Shown in pieces: positions 17,429 through 26,496 of a stretch of 64,000 nucleotides of DNA. Location: positions 15,098 through 79,097 of the forward strand of contig JAFEDG010000140.1 of assembly GCA_018241745.1 (NCBI GenBank), in the 5' to 3' direction. Positions within the stretch are counted from its first letter, which is position 1, and every line of letters begins with the position of its first letter. Source of the DNA: Pseudomonadota bacterium (GTDB lineage: Bacteria; Pseudomonadota; Gammaproteobacteria; Burkholderiales; Casimicrobiaceae). Both the position numbers and the translations under genes were made by a program. The notes below the pieces were generated by a model. It was not told where the DNA came from and did not search any database. It was given only the letters and a program-made list of their open reading frames with translations.

Positions 17429-18454
17429 CTACGGCACGGGCTTGGGGGTCGCGGTCTTCGCCGGTGCCTTCGCCGCCGGCTTGGATGGGGTCGCAGGCTT
17501 CTGCGCCGCCGGTCTTGCCGCGGCCGCCGGCGCGGCGGCCACGCCCTGGCCCGGGAACGTCCGTGCGAAGCGCCCCGCGAGCGCCGGGTTGGCGATCGAC
17601 CACGCTTCCCACGAGGCCGGCATGATGGCCTCGAGCGCCGCCAGCCGCTCGGTCGGTGCCGGATGCGTGTGCAGGAACTGGCCCATCGCCGACTCGTCCT
17701 GGGGCAGCGCGGCCAGGTCCTGCAACACGATCGGCAGGCCGTAGGGATCGTAGCCCGCGCGCGCGGCGATGACGACGCCGAGCCGGTCGGCCTGCATCTC
17801 GTCCTCGCGCGACAGTCCGCGGACGAAGCCTTCCATGCCCACGCGCGCGACGGCCTGGGCCGCCTCGCCGACGAGGCCGCCCGCCTTGAGCGACGCGAGA
17901 TCGAGCGCCATGTTCTTCGTGGCGTTCTTCTGGATGTCCTTCAGGTGGTGCTTGAGGACCACGTGCGAGATCTCGTGCGCGAGCACGCCGGCGAGCTCGG
18001 ACTCGCTGTGCATCTGCATGACGAGGCCGCGCGACAGGAAGACGTTGCCGCCAGGCGTCGCGAATGCGTTGATCGAATCCGTGTCCAGGATGCCGAACTT
18101 CCACGGCAGGTCCGGGCGCGCCGAGTGCAACGCGAGCCAGCGCCCCACGTCGTTGACGTAGACCTGCTGCGCGCGGTTGTCGACAAGCGGCGCCGCGCCG
18201 AGCAGCGCGGCCGCGATGTCGTTGCCCATCTGGATCTCTTCCGGCTCGGGGATCTCGCGCATCGCGTCGTTGGCGCTCATCGCGACGCCCGCCGCGGCGC
18301 CGACGTTCACCCCGCCCACCGAATATCCGGACAGCACGCCCTTCAGAATGTCCGTACCGGACGGTTGCCCCCCGCCCGACGTTGCGCAGCCCGAGAGCAG
18401 CGCCACGATGGCGAGCAGCGTACCGCCGCCTCCGATCGCGCGTCGGGCGCTCAT
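17429..18454 (-). CDS. M48-family metalloprotease lipoprotein
   Basis: ATG 18454 overlaps the upstream stop (ATGA). The lipobox is LLSGC. Motifs HEISHVVLKHH, EMQADRLG and HTHPAPTERL are present. The tail is Ala/Pro/Lys-rich. Confidence 0.85.
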   Translation of the reverse strand: MSARRAIGGGGTLLAIVALLSGCATSGGGQPSGTDILKGVLSGYSVGGVNVGAAAGVAMSANDAMREIPEPEEIQMGNDIAAALLGAAPLVDNRAQQVYVNDVGRWLALHSARPDLPWKFGILDTDSINAFATPGGNVFLSRGLVMQMHSESELAGVLAHEISHVVLKHHLKDIQKNATKNMALDLASLKAGGLVGEAAQAVARVGMEGFVRGLSREDEMQADRLGVVIAARAGYDPYGLPIVLQDLAALPQDESAMGQFLHTHPAPTERLAALEAIMPASWEAWSIANPALAGRFARTFPGQGVAAAPAAAARPAAQKPATPSKPAAKAPAKTATPKPVP

Positions 18455-18990
18455 TTCGCGGCTCCCGGGGTTGCGGGCGCGGCGACATCCGCGGGCGCGA
18501 GCGGCGCGACGTCGCGCGACTTGAGGTTGCCCGCGCGGGCGAACGCGCTTGCTTCCGCGGCCGTTTGCGCGAAGGTCTGCAGCTTGGCGAATTGCGCGGG
18601 GTTCGGCGCCGCCTTCTCCAGCATGTCCGCGTCGAGGCCGCGCACGCCGGTCGTGAGGCTGGAGCCGCGATTGCCGAGTGCCAGGTTCAACGCTTCGCTG
18701 TTGCTGCTCGCGCGCGCGGGCCCGCCCGTGGGCGCGAGGCGCACGTCGAACAGCTTGGCCCAGCCGGTGGTCTTGCCCGACTTGAGCTGGATCCACGCGC
18801 CTTGGCGCGTCACGACGTCGACGGGCGCATCCTTCGGCAGCGACAACACTGTCTTCGCATCGGAGGCGGGCATCGCCTTGAGGTCGACCGGGCGCACCGT
18901 AGTGCCGGGGTCGGCCCATGCGCTGCCGGCCAGCGTGCTGCCGGTTGCCGCCAGCACGGCGAGTGCCAGCATCGAAACCTTCACGTTCAT
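18451..18990 (-). CDS. secreted bacterial SH3-like domain protein
   Basis: ATG 18990 overlaps the cyclase stop (ATGA). The signal peptide ends in AWA. The SH3_3-like stretch is [51 protein letters not shown]. Confidence 0.6.
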   Translation of the reverse strand: MNVKVSMLALAVLAATGSTLAGSAWADPGTTVRPVDLKAMPASDAKTVLSLPKDAPVDVVTRQGAWIQLKSGKTTGWAKLFDVRLAPTGGPARASSNSEALNLALGNRGSSLTTGVRGLDADMLEKAAPNPAQFAKLQTFAQTAAEASAFARAGNLKSRDVAPLAPADVAAPATPGAAK

Positions 18991-20837
18991 CGAATCCCTT
19001 CCGGTGCAAACAGTTCGACGGTCGCGCTGCGCCCCTTGACCGCGACCTCGACGACATCGACGAAAGCCCTGCCAGGCACCGCGTCGCGCGTGGCGCGCGA
19101 CACGAGGATCCGCGCGCGCCCCTTGGTCTCGCCCTCGATGCGGCTCGCGAGGTTGACCGTGTCGCCGATCGCCGTGTACTCGAGCTTGCGCGGCGACCCG
19201 ACGAAACCCACGACGGCGACGCCGGTGTGGATGCCGATGCCGATGTCGAGCACGATGCCACTTGCCGCGTGCGCCGCGTTGAACTCGGCAAGTGTCGCCA
19301 GCATGTCCTCCGCGCAAGCGACGGCGCGTGCCGCATGGTCCGGCTCGTCCGTCGGCGCGTTCCAGAAGGCCATGATCGCATCGCCGATGAACTTGTCAAG
19401 CGTGCCCCCGTGTCGAAAAATCGTCTCGACTTGCGCGCTCAGATAGGCATTGAGCAATTCGACGATCGCTTCCGGCGCGCGCGTTTCCGCGAGTGTGGTG
19501 AACCCGCGGATATCCGAGAACAGCACGGTCAGCGGGCGGCTCTCGCTCTTCAGGTCCTCGAGGCGCACGCCGTCGGCCACCAGCGTGCGCACGACGCGCT
19601 GGTCGAGGAAGCGGGACAGCACCGCCTCGCGCGCGAGCTTTGCGCGGCGCTCGGCGAGCCACGCGTTGATCGCCGCGAACAGGAAGAACACCCACGCAAA
19701 CGCCAGCGGCGTGACGACGTAGCCGACGATGCCCGCCCGCGCGAGCGCCGCATACGTGCCGGCGACGACGAGCGCCGAGAGCATGGCGAGCGCGGCGAAC
19801 ACGATCGCGATGTGCGCGCCCCGGCGCAGCAGCGCGAGCAGCGGCACGAACAGCAGCAGCACCAGCGCGTACGGCAGCCACGCGGGCGCCGGCGTCAGGT
19901 GGCGCGCGGTGACGAGGTTGTCGATCGCCGTGGCCAGGATCTCGACGCCTGGATACGTGGCCGAGACGGGCGTCGCGCGGAAATCGCGCAGCGATCCGGC
20001 GGTCGCGCCGATGACGACGATCTTGCCGGTGAACTCGTCGCGCGGGCGTTCGCGCTTGCCGCGCTGGATGTCCTCGTAGAGATCGCGGAACGCGACGCGC
20101 GGATGCGGGAAGTCGCCACCGGCGGGCCACGCGAGCATCACGCTGGCGCCGGGCGGCAATGGATGGCCGAGGCGCGTCGCCACGCGCGCGGGCAGCGACG
20201 GGATCACGTAGCCGCCGAAGTCGCGGGCGAGCCAGTAGCGCCGGCCAACCCCGTCGGGGTCCTCGAGAAAGTTGATGAGGCCCGTGCGCGGCCACGCGGA
20301 GCGCGGCACCGCTTCGGGCAGCAGCAGCGTGGCGCGCGCGTTGGGATCCGGCGTACCGGTGGTCGCGAGGCCCAGGGGTCCGGCGACGTCCTTGAGCCAC
20401 ACGCCTTCGTCGCGCGCAATCCGCGGCAGCAGCTTGAGCGGGAAGTACGTGTCGTCGGTGGCGGCGACGGCCGCGCGGAACGCAGCGTCGCTGTCCGGGT
20501 TCATGATGTCGCGCTCGTAGAGCTCGATGTCCATGACGATCGCGCGCGCGTGCTGTGCCGCGAGCTCGGCGATCACTTCGCCGTACACGACGCGCGGCCA
20601 CGGAAAGCGGCCCAGGCTCGCCTCGAGGCCGGCGAGCGACGCGTCGTCGATGTCGACGACGATGATGTCGCGCGACGGTGGCACCGCGGCGGCATGCCGG
20701 GCAATCCATGCGTCGGCAAGCCGCGCGTCGAGCGGCGCGAGCAGATGCGTCCACGCGAGGTCGGCCATCGCCGCGGCCATCACGACGACGCACAGCGCAT
20801 ACAGCGGCGCGTTGGTGATGCGCGGCAGGCGGGGCAT
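18987..20837 (-). CDS. CHASE2 sensor domain-containing class III adenylate cyclase
   Basis: An N-terminal TM segment is followed by an extracytoplasmic region of about 300 aa ([15 protein letters not shown]...RFPWPR...). Three TM helices and a class III cyclase domain follow ([14 protein letters not shown]...[13 protein letters not shown]...[13 protein letters not shown]). Confidence 0.85.
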   Translation of the reverse strand: MPRLPRITNAPLYALCVVVMAAAMADLAWTHLLAPLDARLADAWIARHAAAVPPSRDIIVVDIDDASLAGLEASLGRFPWPRVVYGEVIAELAAQHARAIVMDIELYERDIMNPDSDAAFRAAVAATDDTYFPLKLLPRIARDEGVWLKDVAGPLGLATTGTPDPNARATLLLPEAVPRSAWPRTGLINFLEDPDGVGRRYWLARDFGGYVIPSLPARVATRLGHPLPPGASVMLAWPAGGDFPHPRVAFRDLYEDIQRGKRERPRDEFTGKIVVIGATAGSLRDFRATPVSATYPGVEILATAIDNLVTARHLTPAPAWLPYALVLLLFVPLLALLRRGAHIAIVFAALAMLSALVVAGTYAALARAGIVGYVVTPLAFAWVFFLFAAINAWLAERRAKLAREAVLSRFLDQRVVRTLVADGVRLEDLKSESRPLTVLFSDIRGFTTLAETRAPEAIVELLNAYLSAQVETIFRHGGTLDKFIGDAIMAFWNAPTDEPDHAARAVACAEDMLATLAEFNAAHAASGIVLDIGIGIHTGVAVVGFVGSPRKLEYTAIGDTVNLASRIEGETKGRARILVSRATRDAVPGRAFVDVVEVAVKGRSATVELFAPEGIR

Positions 20838-20858
20838 CGGCGGCAGGCGACGACGCGA

Positions 20859-21422
20859 TCAGTCGGCGCGCTTCGCGCGTCGCCGCAGCACCGACAGCGT
20901 GACGACACCGGCGACCGCCAGCACGGCGAAAGCCACCTCCTCGAAATGCTTGGCATGCTCGAGCACGCGCGTGAACGCCTCGCCGAAGATGTAGCCGGCC
21001 GCCGCGAACAGCGTGGCCCAGACGATCGCGCCCGCGGCGTTGGCCGGCGCGAACTTGAGTTCCGGCATGCGGCTCGCGCCCATCGCGATCGGGCCCGCGA
21101 TCCTGAAGCCGACGAGGAAGCGAATGCCGAATGCCGCGTAGGCCCCGTACTTCGCGACGAGCGCCTTGATACGGTGCTCGGCACGGCGCAGCCGCGGGAA
21201 GCGATCGAACGCGTGTTCGCCGTAGCGGCGCCCGAGCAGATACCAGGTCTGGTCGCCCGCGAAGCCGGCGATGGCCGCGGTGACGACGACCTCCGGCAGC
21301 AGCAGGTAGCCCGAGTGTGCGGCGAAGCCCGCCAGCACCAGCACGGTCTCCCCCTCGAAGAAGCAGCCCACGAACACGGCGACGTAGCCGTAGTGCTCGA
21401 TCAGCGATTGCAGCAGCGACAC
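20859..21422 (-). CDS. DedA family membrane protein
   Basis: The N-terminus MSLLQSLIEHYGYVAVFVGCFFEGETVLVLAGF... is typical of DedA/SNARE-associated proteins. Length 187 aa. Confidence 0.85.
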   Translation of the reverse strand: MSLLQSLIEHYGYVAVFVGCFFEGETVLVLAGFAAHSGYLLLPEVVVTAAIAGFAGDQTWYLLGRRYGEHAFDRFPRLRRAEHRIKALVAKYGAYAAFGIRFLVGFRIAGPIAMGASRMPELKFAPANAAGAIVWATLFAAAGYIFGEAFTRVLEHAKHFEEVAFAVLAVAGVVTLSVLRRRAKRAD

Positions 21423-21481
21423 GGGACGTGGCCCTCGCGGTCCGAAGGCCGCGAGCCTAGCATGGCGCTCCGGCGGTAGGA

Positions 21482-21510
21482 TTGACGTTTACGTAAACGT
21501 CATGTAGCGT
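21482..21510 (+). promoter_or_regulatory. candidate promoter (TTGACG-17-TAGCGT) overlapped by a perfect 20-bp palindrome (operator candidate)
   Basis: TGACGTTTAC|GTAAACGTCA at 21483-21502 is a perfect palindrome. It covers the -35 hexamer and spacer of a sigma70-like promoter facing icmF (ATG 21651). It also lies 60 nt upstream of the divergent dedA start. Confidence 0.5.
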
Positions 21511-21650
21511 CCCGGCTGCGGCAGGGACGGGATTCCGCCCGGGCGTGCGCAAACGCGGCGCTGCGCCGCGCCATCCCGATCGCCTATGCTTGCAATTCCG
21601 CCACGGGGCCGCGGGACCCTCGGGTCTGCCCCATTTCGACGAGGTTCGCG

Positions 21651-24600
21651 ATGACCGATCTTTCGGCAGCCGCCAAGGCGCTCACGTACAAGCCGCGCAA
21701 CAAGGTGCGCTTCGTCACGGCCGCAAGCCTGTTCGACGGCCACGACGCGTCGATCAACATCATGCGGCGGATCCTGCAGGCGTCCGGTTGCGAGGTGATC
21801 CACCTCGGGCACAACCGGTCGGTCGACGAGATCGTCACCTGCGCGATCCAGGAAGACGCGCAGGGGATCGCGATCTCGTCGTACCAGGGCGGCCACGTCG
21901 AGTTCTTCAAGTACATGCTCGACCTGCTCCGCGAACGCGGCGCCGGCCACATCAAGGTGTTCGGCGGCGGCGGCGGCGTCATCGTGCCGGCCGAGATCCG
22001 CGAGCTGCACGACTACGGCGTCGCACGTATCTTCTCGCCGGAAGACGGGCAGACGCTGGGCCTGCAGGGCATGATCAACGAGATCATCGCGGCCTGCGAC
22101 GTCGACCTGGCGTCGCAACCGCCCGCCGACCTCGCGGCGCTGGCCAGCGACGATCCGGCGCTGCGCTCGCGCACGCTGGCGCGCGTCATCAGCGCGTTCG
22201 AGAACGGTCACGCCAGCGACGCACTGCGCGCGGAAGTGGCCAAGCGCGCCGCCGCGTCGCACGCGCCGGTGCTCGGCGTCACGGGCACCGGTGGCGCGGG
22301 CAAGAGCTCGCTGACGGACGAGATCGTCCGCCGCTTCCGGCTGGACCAGGACGACGCGCTGAAGATCGCGATCTTCTCCATCGACCCGTCGCGACGCAAG
22401 ACGGGGGGCGCGCTGCTCGGCGACCGCATCCGGATGAACGCGATCCACCACCCGCGCATCTACATGCGTTCGCTGGCGACGCGCGAGGCAGGCTCGGAGA
22501 TCAGCGCAGCGCTGCCGGACGTCGTCGCCGCGTGCAAGGCGGCGGGCTTCGACCTCGTCATCGTCGAGACCTCCGGCATCGGCCAGGGCGACGCGGCAAT
22601 CGTGCCGCACGTCGACGTCTCGCTGTACGTGATGACGCCCGAGTTCGGCGCCGCGTCGCAGCTCGAGAAGATCGACATGCTCGACTTCGCCGACTTCGTC
22701 GCGATCAACAAGTTCGACCGCAAGGGCGCGGCCGACGCACTGCGCGACGTGCGCAAGCAGGTGCAGCGCAACCGCGAGCGCTTCCGCGAGGCGCCGGACG
22801 CGATGCCCGTCTACGGCACGATCGCGTCGCGCTTCAACGACGACGGCGTCACCGCGCTGTACGCGGGCCTGCTCGGCGCGTTGACCGCGAAGGGACTCGT
22901 GCATGGCCCGTCGCGGCTGCCGGCCGCTTCCGTGCGCCACTCATCCGCGCAGAACGTCATCGTGCCGGCGGCACGCACGCGTTACCTCGCCGACATCGCG
23001 ACGTCGGTGCGCGCCTATCGCGGCTGGGCCGAGGACCAGGCGCGCATCGCGCGGGAGCGCCAGCAATTGCGCGAGGCCAAGCGGATGCTCGGTGCGCAGC
23101 AGGCGGACGCGGCACCGTTCGACGCCGCGGTTGCCGAGCGCGACGCGCGCCTCGACCCGCGCTCGCAGAAGCTGCTCGCGATGTGGCCGCAGACCAAGGC
23201 GGCTTATGCCGGCGACGAATACGTCGTGAAGATCCGCGACAAGGAGATCCGCACGGCGCTGACGACGACCTCCCTGTCGGGCACGCGCGTGCCCAAGGTC
23301 GCGCTCCCGCGCTACGAGGACGAGGGCGAGATCCTGCGTTGGCAATTGCTGGAGAACGTGCCGGGGAGCTTCCCGTTCACCGCGGGCGTGTTCGCGTTCA
23401 AGCGCGAGAACGAGGACCCGACGCGGATGTTCGCCGGCGAAGGCGACGCGTTCCGTACCAACCGGCGCTTCCACCTGCTGGCTGACGGCATGCCGGCCAA
23501 GCGATTGTCGACGGCCTTCGACTCCGTGACGCTGTACGGCCAGGACCCCGACCTGCGGCCCGACATCTATGGCAAGGTGGGCAACTCGGGCGTGTCGATC
23601 GCGACGCTGGACGACATGAAGGTGCTCTACGGCGGCTTCGACCTCACCGACCCCGCGACGTCGGTGTCGATGACGATCAACGGCCCCGCGCCGACGCTGC
23701 TCGCGTTCTTCATGAACACGGCCATCGACCAGCAGCTCGACAAGTTCCGCCGCGACAACAGCCGCGAGCCCACCGACGACGAGGTCGCCAAGATCCGCGC
23801 GTGGGCGCTCGCCACCGTCCGCGGCACCGTGCAGGCCGACATCCTGAAGGAGGACCAGGGCCAGAACACGTGCATCTTCTCGACGGAGTTCTCGCTCAAG
23901 GTGATGGGCGACATCCAGCAGTACTTCGTCGACCACGACGTGCGCAACTTCTATTCCGTGTCGATCTCGGGCTATCACATCGCCGAGGCCGGCGCCAACC
24001 CGATCTCGCAGCTCGCGTTCACGCTGTCCAACGGCTTCACGTTCGTCGAGGCCTACCTGGCGCGCGGCATGCACATCGACGACTTCGCGCCCAACCTGTC
24101 GTTCTTCTTCAGCAACGGCATGGACCCGGAGTACTCGGTGCTGGGCCGCGTCGCGCGGCGCATCTGGGCGGTGGCGATGCGCGACCGCTACGGCGCCAAC
24201 GAGCGCTCGCAGAAGTTGAAGTACCACTGCCAGACGTCGGGCCGCAGCCTGCACGCGCAGGAGATCGCGTTCAACGACATCCGCACGACGCTGCAGGCGC
24301 TGATCGCGACGTACGACAACGCCAACTCGCTGCACACCAACGCGTACGACGAGGCGATCACGACGCCGACGGAAGAAAGCGTGCGCCGCGCGATGGCCAT
24401 CCAGCTCGTCATCAACCGCGAATGGGGCCTCGCGAAGAACGAGAACCCGAACCAGGGCTCGTTCATCATCGACGAGCTCACCGACCTGGTCGAGGAAGCG
24501 GTGATGAAGGAGTTCGAGGCGATCGCCGACCGCGGCGGCGTGCTCGGCGCGATGGAGACGGGCTACCAGCGCGGCAAGATTCAGGAAGAGTCGCTGTACT

Positions 24601-24920
24601 ACGAGCACCGCAAGCACGACGGCAGCTACCCGATCGTCGGCGTCAACATGTTCCGCAATCCGCACGGCGACGCGGTGCCGCAGAAGGTCGAGCTCGCCCG
24701 CTCGACCGACGAGGAGAAGGAAGGTCAGCTTGCGCGGCTCGCCGACTTCCACGCCCGCCATGCGCACGAGGCGCCGGCCGCCCTCGCGCGGCTGAAACAG
24801 GTCGTCATCGACAACGGCAACGTGTTCGCGGAGCTGATGAACACGGTGCGCGTCTGTTCGCTGGGCCAGATCACGAACGCGCTGTTCGAGGTGGGCGGGC
24901 AGTACCGGCGCAGCATGTAG
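21651..24920 (+). CDS. icmF: fused isobutyryl-CoA mutase (B12-binding domain + MeaB-like G-protein + mutase barrel)
   Basis: 1089 aa. The B12 domain has [14 protein letters not shown]. The P-loop GTPase has [13 protein letters not shown]. The mutase substrate domain follows ([11 protein letters not shown]...[18 protein letters not shown]...). Confidence 0.9.
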   Translation: MTDLSAAAKALTYKPRNKVRFVTAASLFDGHDASINIMRRILQASGCEVIHLGHNRSVDEIVTCAIQEDAQGIAISSYQGGHVEFFKYMLDLLRERGAGHIKVFGGGGGVIVPAEIRELHDYGVARIFSPEDGQTLGLQGMINEIIAACDVDLASQPPADLAALASDDPALRSRTLARVISAFENGHASDALRAEVAKRAAASHAPVLGVTGTGGAGKSSLTDEIVRRFRLDQDDALKIAIFSIDPSRRKTGGALLGDRIRMNAIHHPRIYMRSLATREAGSEISAALPDVVAACKAAGFDLVIVETSGIGQGDAAIVPHVDVSLYVMTPEFGAASQLEKIDMLDFADFVAINKFDRKGAADALRDVRKQVQRNRERFREAPDAMPVYGTIASRFNDDGVTALYAGLLGALTAKGLVHGPSRLPAASVRHSSAQNVIVPAARTRYLADIATSVRAYRGWAEDQARIARERQQLREAKRMLGAQQADAAPFDAAVAERDARLDPRSQKLLAMWPQTKAAYAGDEYVVKIRDKEIRTALTTTSLSGTRVPKVALPRYEDEGEILRWQLLENVPGSFPFTAGVFAFKRENEDPTRMFAGEGDAFRTNRRFHLLADGMPAKRLSTAFDSVTLYGQDPDLRPDIYGKVGNSGVSIATLDDMKVLYGGFDLTDPATSVSMTINGPAPTLLAFFMNTAIDQQLDKFRRDNSREPTDDEVAKIRAWALATVRGTVQADILKEDQGQNTCIFSTEFSLKVMGDIQQYFVDHDVRNFYSVSISGYHIAEAGANPISQLAFTLSNGFTFVEAYLARGMHIDDFAPNLSFFFSNGMDPEYSVLGRVARRIWAVAMRDRYGANERSQKLKYHCQTSGRSLHAQEIAFNDIRTTLQALIATYDNANSLHTNAYDEAITTPTEESVRRAMAIQLVINREWGLAKNENPNQGSFIIDELTDLVEEAVMKEFEAIADRGGVLGAMETGYQRGKIQEESLYYEHRKHDGSYPIVGVNMFRNPHGDAVPQKVELARSTDEEKEGQLARLADFHARHAHEAPAALARLKQVVIDNGNVFAELMNTVRVCSLGQITNALFEVGGQYRRSM

Positions 24921-24935
24921 CCGCGCAGGCCTGGC

Positions 24936-25172
24936 TCACAGGCCTTGCGGCCACGTGCGCTCGAGCACGCGCGGCACGTCGACGCGCGTGATGCCGATGT
25001 CGGCAAGGTCGCGGTCGCTCATGTTGGCGAGGTCTTGCGCGGCGCGCGCATTGCGCCGCATCCGGCGCCATGCGGCGTCGGCGGCGAGCGCCAGGCTGCG
25101 CAGCCCCAGTGCGGTGCCGTGGAATGCGGCAGGCCATGGCGCAGCGCGCCCCGTGCGGATCGTGGTATCCAT
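24936..25172 (-). CDS. DUF1127 domain-containing small protein
   Basis: In-frame ATG 25172. The C-terminal motif LANMSDRDLADIGITRVDV is typical of DUF1127. Confidence 0.7.
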   Translation of the reverse strand: MDTTIRTGRAAPWPAAFHGTALGLRSLALAADAAWRRMRRNARAAQDLANMSDRDLADIGITRVDVPRVLERTWPQGL

Positions 25173-25174
25173 CG

Positions 25175-25375
25175 TCAGCTCCTGCGGGTGCCGCGCGGCG
25201 CGGCCGGCAGCGGGTAGATCAGGACGGCTGCCGCCAGCGTGTCGTCGTACGCGCCGGGCAACGCGGGTTGGGCCGCCGCCGGCACGCTTTCGAGCGCGAC
25301 CGCGGCGGCGATGACCACGGCCGCGGCCAGCATGCTGCCGTGGGCCAGGTCGTCGAGCTTGGGGGTGAAAGTCAT
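25175..25375 (-). CDS. hypothetical small membrane protein (66 aa)
   Basis: ATG 25375 has a GGAGAA SD. One hydrophobic helix is present (GSMLAAAVVIAAAVAL). The stop lies directly before the DUF1127 start. Confidence 0.4.
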   Translation of the reverse strand: MTFTPKLDDLAHGSMLAAAVVIAAAVALESVPAAAQPALPGAYDDTLAAAVLIYPLPAAPRGTRRS

Positions 25376-25506
25376 TCGGTTCTCCGTGTTTCGTTCGACG
25401 CTGGTAAGATATCGACATAGCTTCGAACGCGGAATCGGTCTTTTCGTACCATGTTGGTCAGTTTGGCTAACCAAATAACGATGGTCACTGCGGGGTTGGG
25501 CACGGC

Positions 25507-26484
25507 ATGCGCCGGATCCCGCTGAACACGCTGGCCGCGTTCCGCAGCGTTGCGGAGCTGCAGAACCTGCGTGCGGCCGCCGATGCGCTGCATCTCACTC
25601 ACAGCGCGGTGAGCCAGCAGATCAAGGGACTCGAGGAGCGGATCGGCTTCGACGTGTTCGAGCGGCGCGGCCGGCGCGTGGTGCTCAATCCCGCCGGCGA
25701 AGTGCTGTTGCGCAGCGTGCAGGGCGCGCTCGCACAGCTCGACGATGGCGTGCAGGCGGCCGCCGCGGTGGCTGCCGGCGAGACGCAGCGCCTGCGGATC
25801 ACCACGTTGCCGTCGTTCGCCAATCGCTGGCTGCTGCCACGGCTGGGACGCTGGCGCGAACGGCATCCGTCGTTGCCGCTCGAGATCGACGCGTCGATCG
25901 CCGCCGTGGACCTGCAGCGCGACGGCTTCCACGCGGCCATCCGCCAGGGCGTGGGACCGTGGCCCAACCTCGCGTCGGAGCGGCTGTTCGACCAGCCTCC
26001 GATCATCGTCGTCGCATCACCCGCCACCGCGCGCCGTCTCGACGGCGCGGCGCCCGATGTCCTGCTGCGCGAGCCGTTGCTGGGCGACGACGACCTGTGG
26101 GAAGCGTGGGCGGTCGCGGCTGGCCTGCGTGTCAACGTGCGCACGGTGGCCGTGTTCAACGACGCGGGACTGATGCTGCAAGCCACCGAGCAGGGCCTCG
26201 GCCTGTCGCTGTCGCGCGAGATCCTGGCGGCGGACGCGCTTGCCACCGGCGCGCTGGTGCAGGTGTCGCCGATCGCGATCACGCACGCCGACGCGCAGCC
26301 TTACCATTTCGCGTATCCGCCCCAGTTACGCGACTGGCCGCCGCTCGTGTCGCTGCGCGACTGGCTGCGCGAGGAACTCGCGGCGTCGTATCGCGCGCTG
26401 CATGCATTGCGCACGGCGGGCACCCCGCCGGGCGCGCCGGCGGCACGCAGGCGGCGTGCGCGCACCGCCGCACCGCCGCGCTGA
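25507..26484 (+). CDS. LysR-family transcriptional regulator
   Basis: N-terminal HTH LNTLAAFRSVAELQNLRAAADALHLTHSAVSQQIKGLEERIG, followed by a LysR substrate-binding domain. Confidence 0.85.
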   Translation: MRRIPLNTLAAFRSVAELQNLRAAADALHLTHSAVSQQIKGLEERIGFDVFERRGRRVVLNPAGEVLLRSVQGALAQLDDGVQAAAAVAAGETQRLRITTLPSFANRWLLPRLGRWRERHPSLPLEIDASIAAVDLQRDGFHAAIRQGVGPWPNLASERLFDQPPIIVVASPATARRLDGAAPDVLLREPLLGDDDLWEAWAVAAGLRVNVRTVAVFNDAGLMLQATEQGLGLSLSREILAADALATGALVQVSPIAITHADAQPYHFAYPPQLRDWPPLVSLRDWLREELAASYRALHALRTAGTPPGAPAARRRRARTAAPPR

Positions 26485-26496
26485 CCAGCACCGACG

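Noticed and set aside
14187-17744. There are very long ORFs antisense to, or out of frame with, strongly supported genes. Examples are 14187..17744(+), 825..2108(-), 18918..21479(+), 22941..24767(-), 32347..35535(+), 39920..42115(-), 44674..47448(-), 47244..49289(-), 52396..53208(+) and 62132..63742(+).
   Set aside because: Their translations are Arg/Ala/Gly/Pro/His-rich low-complexity strings with no recognisable motifs. They lie opposite genes with clear family signatures. Long shadow ORFs of this kind are expected at about 70 % GC because stop codons are rare.
21511-21650. I considered a cobalamin riboswitch in the 140-nt icmF leader, since IcmF is B12-dependent.
   Set aside because: I could find no B12-box-like sequence and no plausible multi-stem aptamer. 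The leader is also too short for a typical cobalamin riboswitch. B12-dependent enzymes are not usually the regulated targets.
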